From assembly GCA_043815885.1 (NCBI GenBank), contig JBDRIL010000036.1, forward strand, positions 1-33,525: DNA of 33,525 bases, written 5' to 3'. The notes under the pieces are model-generated. The model saw nothing but the letters and a program-made list of their open reading frames with translations, was not told the origin of the DNA and ran no database searches. Position numbers and translations under genes: made by a program. Source of the DNA: an archaeon (lineage in GTDB: Archaea > Iainarchaeota > Iainarchaeia > Iainarchaeales > 1-14-0-10-31-34). Of the stretch, positions 29,169 to 33,525 are shown one piece after another. How positions within the stretch are numbered: the first letter of the stretch is position 1; every line of letters starts with the position of its first letter.

Positions 29169-29468
29169 TTATCTTCTGGGCCTTATGTAGCGGCTTCTGG
29201 CGGGAGGGGTTTCTTCTTCCTCATCAGCTACTCTGGTTGAGGAAACCACTAAAATGTCCTTGGCTGCCTTAACGCTCTTGTATGGAAGGCTTTTTTCGCT
29301 GATTATTTTCTTTGCTTCCTGTTTTGATTTTACCTTTAGTGGCGCGGTTGTAACTGTTTCAATCCGGCCTTTTTCCAGGTTGATGACCAAATCAAATACC
29401 TTTCCTTTGTATTCGGCGTTATCAGTATATATGTCCATCCCAAAAAGTTTTGATAACCTTATAGTCAT
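29169..29468 (-). CDS. PRC-barrel domain protein (CdpB-like)
   Basis: LSKLFGMDIYTDNAEYKGKVFDLVINLEKGRI...LPYKSVKAAKDILVV; SD GAGGTGG upstream. Confidence 0.88.
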   Translation of the reverse strand: MTIRLSKLFGMDIYTDNAEYKGKVFDLVINLEKGRIETVTTAPLKVKSKQEAKKIISEKSLPYKSVKAAKDILVVSSTRVADEEEETPPARSRYIRPRR

Positions 29469-29565
29469 TATTCCACCTCTAAAATAAAAATTTTTTATAT
29501 TATTGGTTCTCTCTAATAATAACTCAACGAAGATATATAAATGTTTTGTCGGATTTAGGGCGGAC

Positions 29566-29660
29566 TACATAACTAAAAGGTAATTTACTTATGGAAATAT
29601 GAACATTAGTAAATTATACATAACTAAGGATAATATATATAATTATTTATTATCGGAAGT
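29566..29660. other. structured dif/att-like recombination site candidate
   Basis: TACATAACTAA direct repeats (29566-29576, 29617-29627) flank a 12/13-bp inverted repeat (29581-29616). Xer-like half-sites ACTTCCGATAA (minus 29660-29650) and TTATGTATAAT (minus 29623-29613). Lies 13 bp from the recombinase stop. Confidence 0.55.
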
Positions 29661-29673
29661 ATAGGGCCTCTCC

Positions 29674-30510
29674 CTAGAGGTTATCAAAAGGGCTCCTAAC
29701 CTTCTTAAGTTCCTCTGTAGAAACTGAAGTATAAATCTGGGTTGTAGAGAGATTGGTATGGCCCAGCAATTCCTGGATCTTCCTGATGTTTTCTCCTCCT
29801 TCAAGGAGGTGAGTGGCGAAGCTGTGTCTTAAACTATGGGGGCTTACCTTCTTCTCAATTCCCGCCTTTATAGCGGCACTTTTAACTATCCTCTGAACAG
29901 CATTAGTGGAAATAGGTTTGCCGTTTTTCTTGCAGAAAACAAAATCACTCGGGATTTTTCGTCTTTTTAAGTATTTTTTGAGTTCCTTAATCCAGTTAGT
30001 TGAGAGAATAATAACCCTGTCCTTGTTTCCTTTTCCCCCCTTCACTCTGGCGATTTTTTCATCTAAATTCATATCCATTAATTTTATATTCACTGCCTCG
30101 CTCACCCTCACCCCACTCGAGTAAAGGAACCCCACTATCAGCCGGTTCCTCCCGGCTTTTGTTGATTTAATTAATTCCTTTACTTCTTTTATAGTGAGGA
30201 CTGTGGGAAGTTTTTTTGCTTTTTTTGGGGTTCTAATGTCATCAATTATCTTATTTTTCAGGATATTGTGAAACAGGAATTTTAGTGCTGAATGAACCAG
30301 TGAGAGTGATGCATTTGAAAGATTTGAACCCTCTTTTTTTGAAGCAAGATACCCAACCAAGTCATCTCGGGTTACTTCATCTAATGGCTTTTTCAGGCGG
30401 TTAAGAAAGTCCTTTAAGTAACACAGGTACATGATTCTGGTTCTTTTAGAGTAACCGGAAATTATCAATTCTTGCCTTACTTTATCCAATACCCGTTCTT
30501 TTTCTTCCAC
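29674..30510 (-). CDS. xerA: XerA/XerD-family tyrosine recombinase
   Basis: N-terminal SAM-like domain; LYSSGVRVSE (R), GKGNKDR (K), HSLRHSFATH (HxxR), LLGH, TTQIY (Y). Confidence 0.88.
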   Translation of the reverse strand: MEEKERVLDKVRQELIISGYSKRTRIMYLCYLKDFLNRLKKPLDEVTRDDLVGYLASKKEGSNLSNASLSLVHSALKFLFHNILKNKIIDDIRTPKKAKKLPTVLTIKEVKELIKSTKAGRNRLIVGFLYSSGVRVSEAVNIKLMDMNLDEKIARVKGGKGNKDRVIILSTNWIKELKKYLKRRKIPSDFVFCKKNGKPISTNAVQRIVKSAAIKAGIEKKVSPHSLRHSFATHLLEGGENIRKIQELLGHTNLSTTQIYTSVSTEELKKVRSPFDNL

Positions 30511-30614
30511 GTAAAGAAAGAAGTTGTTTCTATTTAAATAAGTTCTATTTTTAGAGGGTTTACCATTAAATATTTATTCTGTTCTCTTGAATTAATGTTA
30601 TTGGTGGAAGAAAA

Positions 30615-30983
30615 ATGTCGATAGAAAAAGTAAAGGTATTGAGTGTTACATTTGAAGACGGGGAAGAAATTCTGTCTAATTTAAAGAAGGCATTGGCTGA
30701 GAGTTCGGTTGAGAAATGCAGGATTACCACAGTCGAAGGCAAAATAAGCGACTTCGACATAAACGTCTTTGTTGCGGGCGAATTCAATGAAAGGCACGTG
30801 GGAGAGGAGTACAGACTTGCCTCAGTCCACGGAGTGTTTGAAGAGAAGGGAAATTTAGGTTATAATGGGAGTTTGACTGTTTCGCTTGCAGGGGAAGGCC
30901 ACAAGGTTGTTGGCGGAGACTTATTGAAAGGAAAAGCGGCAGGCGAAGTAACAATCAAGGCAGAAGTAATTAAATTCAAGTAA
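30615..30983 (+). CDS. PPC/DUF296-like protein, degenerate
   Basis: GEEILSNL, G.ISD, LASVHG, VVGGDL match the PPC fold pattern; the usual HxH and GGH histidines are absent. Confidence 0.75.
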   Translation: MSIEKVKVLSVTFEDGEEILSNLKKALAESSVEKCRITTVEGKISDFDINVFVAGEFNERHVGEEYRLASVHGVFEEKGNLGYNGSLTVSLAGEGHKVVGGDLLKGKAAGEVTIKAEVIKFK

Positions 30984-31151
30984 TCAATGCCTTATTTCTT
31001 TTTTCTTTTTATCCTTCTTTGGTTTTGGGAGTTTTTTTGCTTCTTCCTGCTTTTTTTTCATAAATTTTAAAATAGCGCTCCCTCTAAACACGCCAACAAG
31101 ATAGCCTATACCAATCCCCAAAGCCAATCCAAGAAAGAACGGATCAATCAT
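30984..31151 (-). CDS. small single-pass membrane protein (55 aa) with a Lys-rich tail; not in the ORF track
   Basis: MIDPFFLGLALGIGIGYLVGVFRGSAILKFMKKKQEEAKKLPKPKKDKKKKEIRH*; abuts the convergent gene's stop. Confidence 0.7.
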   Translation of the reverse strand: MIDPFFLGLALGIGIGYLVGVFRGSAILKFMKKKQEEAKKLPKPKKDKKKKEIRH

Positions 31152-31218
31152 CCAATAAAAGTATTATAGTCAACTTAATTAATGTTTTTGCTTTTTAGTA
31201 ATACCAAGGCGGTTTAAA

Positions 31219-31587
31219 TTGAGATACTCTTATTCTTCTTTCTGGACTGAAAAAGCAAGAGAGCTGGCAGAAAAAGCGGGCATGAAGCACATTAATCCAG
31301 GGAGGATTTCGGTTATTGAGTCCAACGGAAGCAAGACAAGAAGGGTTATTGCAAGAATTCATTCTTTAGGCAAAGCAATGCAGTTGGGAATGAATGAAGA
31401 GGCATTCTATGTAATTGAACTCATTAGCGAGAGATTCAATAAGTTAAGCGAGAGAGAAAAGACTGAAACAATAGTGCATGAATTGCTTCACATCCCGCAT
31501 TCCTTTGCAGGGGGCTTCAGGCACCACAAACCATTCGTGAATAAGGAGACAGTAGAAAAGGCAATGGAAAGGCTAACTTATACATAA
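31219..31587 (+). CDS. putative zinc metallopeptidase (HExxH)
   Basis: ARIH...YVIELISERF.KLS...TIVHELLHIP..F.GGFR.H pattern. Confidence 0.8.
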   Translation: MRYSYSSFWTEKARELAEKAGMKHINPGRISVIESNGSKTRRVIARIHSLGKAMQLGMNEEAFYVIELISERFNKLSEREKTETIVHELLHIPHSFAGGFRHHKPFVNKETVEKAMERLTYT

Positions 31588-31705
31588 CTGGGGCTTTTTT
31601 TGGCCCAAATTCGCACTCCTTTTAAATACCTGCTTGTGTAATATATGTCTAAACCTGCTTTTTTTAAGCAAGTTTAATAAATATAAAAAAGGTGAAAAAA
31701 TTAAT

Positions 31706-31858
31706 ATGAGCCAAGATAACTTCGGCAGAGAATTGCATAAGGTCACTTGTGCTGACTGCGGAAAGGAAACTGAAGTTCCATTCAAGCCAGACGGAACAAG
31801 ACCAGTTTACTGCCGAGATTGCTATATGAAGCATAAAAAGCCACGAAGAAATTACTGA
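31706..31858 (+). CDS. small CxxC-x17-CxxC zinc-binding protein
   Basis: ATG 31706 follows SD GGTGA; CADCGKETEVPFKPDGTRPVYCRDC. Confidence 0.9.
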   Translation: MSQDNFGRELHKVTCADCGKETEVPFKPDGTRPVYCRDCYMKHKKPRRNY

Positions 31859-31988
31859 TTCTAGTAATTAGTTTGAATTTCTTTTATCCAAATTCTTTTT
31901 TTCTTTTTATTTTAATTTTTTTGCCAGCTACCGCGCTTTCTTTTCCTTCTTTCTTCGCAGCATATAAAAGAATAAGTTTCTTAACTGT

Positions 31989-32825
31989 TTAATTGTTTAC
32001 TAACAGTTTTGGTGTTCTTGTGGTTTTGAGTGTTCTGATAATGTAAAAGAGCGCGATTGCTGCAAAAACAAATAGTGCGATTTCTGCGATAAGGATTCCG
32101 GAGGTTTGCCCCAGGAAAACAACTGCTGCATCCACAATGGCGTGCCATATTATTGCCAGTAAAAGCAGGGATTTCCTTCCAAGAATAATTGAGGATAAAA
32201 CCATTAAAGTCCAGGCAACATGCAAAACAATAGTCATTAATCTCTCAAATAAGCTTGGGAGAACGCCGACAGGAGTTAAATTAATCAATGCCTCGGTTTG
32301 TGCTTTCATTAATTCTGTTTGTTCTGCTGTAAGGCTTCCCCCAATGCCCGCATTAATGTCATTTATTTGTTCGTTTGTTAAAGGGGCTGCAGTCATATAG
32401 GAAAACATTGTAAGGAACATAATGATTCCAATAAACATGCTTTCAATTCCTCCCCAGCCCAAGCCAAACATTAATGCATTCCTTTTATTTAATTCAATTT
32501 TCCTGCGCTTAAAGAAATACTTGAATACAAGGAATCTTCCTGGTTCCTCAAAAATTCCGGCAAGAAGACCAAGAAAAACAGCAATAACCGCAATAATTAC
32601 TGTTTTATCGAGTGCAGACAATAAAAGATAGTTAGTCAAGATGGGTTGGGCTGCTAAAACAAAAGGAATATGCAGTGCCTGCACAATAACAAAGAACAAT
32701 ACGCCAAAACCAAAAACCTTCTAGGAAACCTTAAACTTCCTTACAAGCACATAACCCAATACAATTGGCAGGGCAATCTGCAATAAGCCCACAATCAAAA
32801 AGGCAACAACAACAAAAGGATCCAT
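31989..32825 (-). pseudogene. YhfC/PrsW-like intramembrane glutamic-type protease with one in-frame TAG at 32721-32723
   Basis: From ATG 32825: MDPFVVVAFLIVGLLQIALPIVLGYVLVRKFKVS*KVFGFGVLFFVIVQ... Catalytic-type motifs AGIFEEPGR, GLGWGGIES, FER...HVAWT and AIIWHAIVD. Confidence 0.8.
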
Positions 32826-32968
32826 AGTAAAAAAGAATAAGCATTCAAATTAAAAAAGGTTTTCGCTCTGCAATGAATGAATTTTTAATTGTTTTACGTT
32901 ATTCCATTTTTTTGCCGGTCTTTCAGCTTGACGTTAATCTTTTATATTTGGGGGGCATTAATTATTTA

Positions 32969-33525
32969 ATGGTCAGAAGAGGACGACACAGGAAAGGGGC
33001 GGTCCCCGGAGCTTCAGGAGCTGGGGGCGGTTTTAGGTCAAAGCAAACCAAGGCCATGATAAAAGAGTTAATAGAAATTAATAGACTTGTTGGAAAGAAG
33101 GGAAGCAAGGGTGAGCGCCCACACGTAATTGAGCCATGGACTCCTGCTACCGAAAGAAAAAAACAACCCCCAACCAAACCGAAACTTAAAGACTATTCTG
33201 CAATTCCGCTAGAGTTTAATCGCCCAATACGCTTAACTTCAGGCAATTACGTGATTAGAACGACGGTTGATTTGCTTGTTATTAAACCCCTTGAACCCTT
33301 ACCAAAGGCAGGTTGGGGCGGAGTAAAAATAAAAAGGAGCCCTCAAGAACCAGAAAAACGGCAGAATGCAGAAATAGTGGTCGAATATAATCCATTGGGT
33401 TGGCCTTCTAAAAGCAAGAAAAAGAAGGGCAACAAGATTCATGTTCAGACAGAAGGCAGGACAAAACAAAAGGTTGGTTTTGCTGGAGACGATTTATGGA
33501 AATTTGTTAGATTCGCGCAGGCAAT
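32969..33525 (+). CDS. highly basic orphan protein, 3'-truncated by the window; not in the ORF track
   Basis: Open from ATG 32969 to the window end (MVRRGRHRKGAVPGASGAGGGFRSKQ...). TTTATAT box at 32941-32947 suggests a leaderless transcript. Confidence 0.7.
   Translation, partial: MVRRGRHRKGAVPGASGAGGGFRSKQTKAMIKELIEINRLVGKKGSKGERPHVIEPWTPATERKKQPPTKPKLKDYSAIPLEFNRPIRLTSGNYVIRTTVDLLVIKPLEPLPKAGWGGVKIKRSPQEPEKRQNAEIVVEYNPLGWPSKSKKKKGNKIHVQTEGRTKQKVGFAGDDLWKFVRFAQA

Noticed and set aside
29674..30510. Integron integrase IntI
   Set aside because: 278 aa with no IntI-specific insertion before the HxxR region, and no array of attC-flanked cassettes is visible.
27641..30510. Provirus or island integrated at tRNA-Met with this recombinase as its integrase
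   Set aside because: I found no duplicated tRNA 3' end and no viral or plasmid genes; the cargo includes a housekeeping-like PRC-barrel gene.
32721..32723. Pyrrolysine or TAG reassignment
   Set aside because: TAG is a normal stop at 751, 7296 and 29674, and no pyl genes are in the window.

Overview
AT-rich archaeal chromosomal segment. Archaeal markers are TFE-alpha, an initiator tRNA-Met with A1:U72, class III signal peptides and GGTGA/GGAGTGAT-type SD sites. Gene content suggests a DPANN lineage, plausibly Iainarchaeota/Diapherotrites (inference). Left to right it holds: a type IV pilus (Tad/Epd-like) locus with four minor pilin-like genes, a degenerate KaiC/FlaH-like protein, an ATPase with an N-terminal winged helix, two TadC-like platform proteins and a major pilin; bacterial-type ribBA and tpiA; corA; a long, hydrolase-dead RelA-like RSH; a MacB/LolCDE-type ABC system with a COG1361-like partner; a KaiC/RAD55 ATPase; class II lysS; a purine cluster (purA, purF, purD, guaA); three tRNAs; serS and tfe; a module of a wHTH gene, an unknown gene, a PRC-barrel gene, a dif-like structured site and a XerA-like recombinase; and several small or orphan genes. 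The most unusual signals are (1) a 57-nt in-frame double-palindrome insertion in a pilin leader peptide, with a related palindrome at 7867; (2) a direct repeat-hairpin-direct repeat plus dif-like site just downstream of the Xer recombinase; (3) five single-base anomalies in otherwise intact genes (relA TGA, guaA +1 frameshift, purA ATT start, YhfC-like TAG, tRNA-Phe C55), three of them in purine/ppGpp genes; and (4) a 119-bp near-identical tract shared by two divergent ABC permease paralogs.
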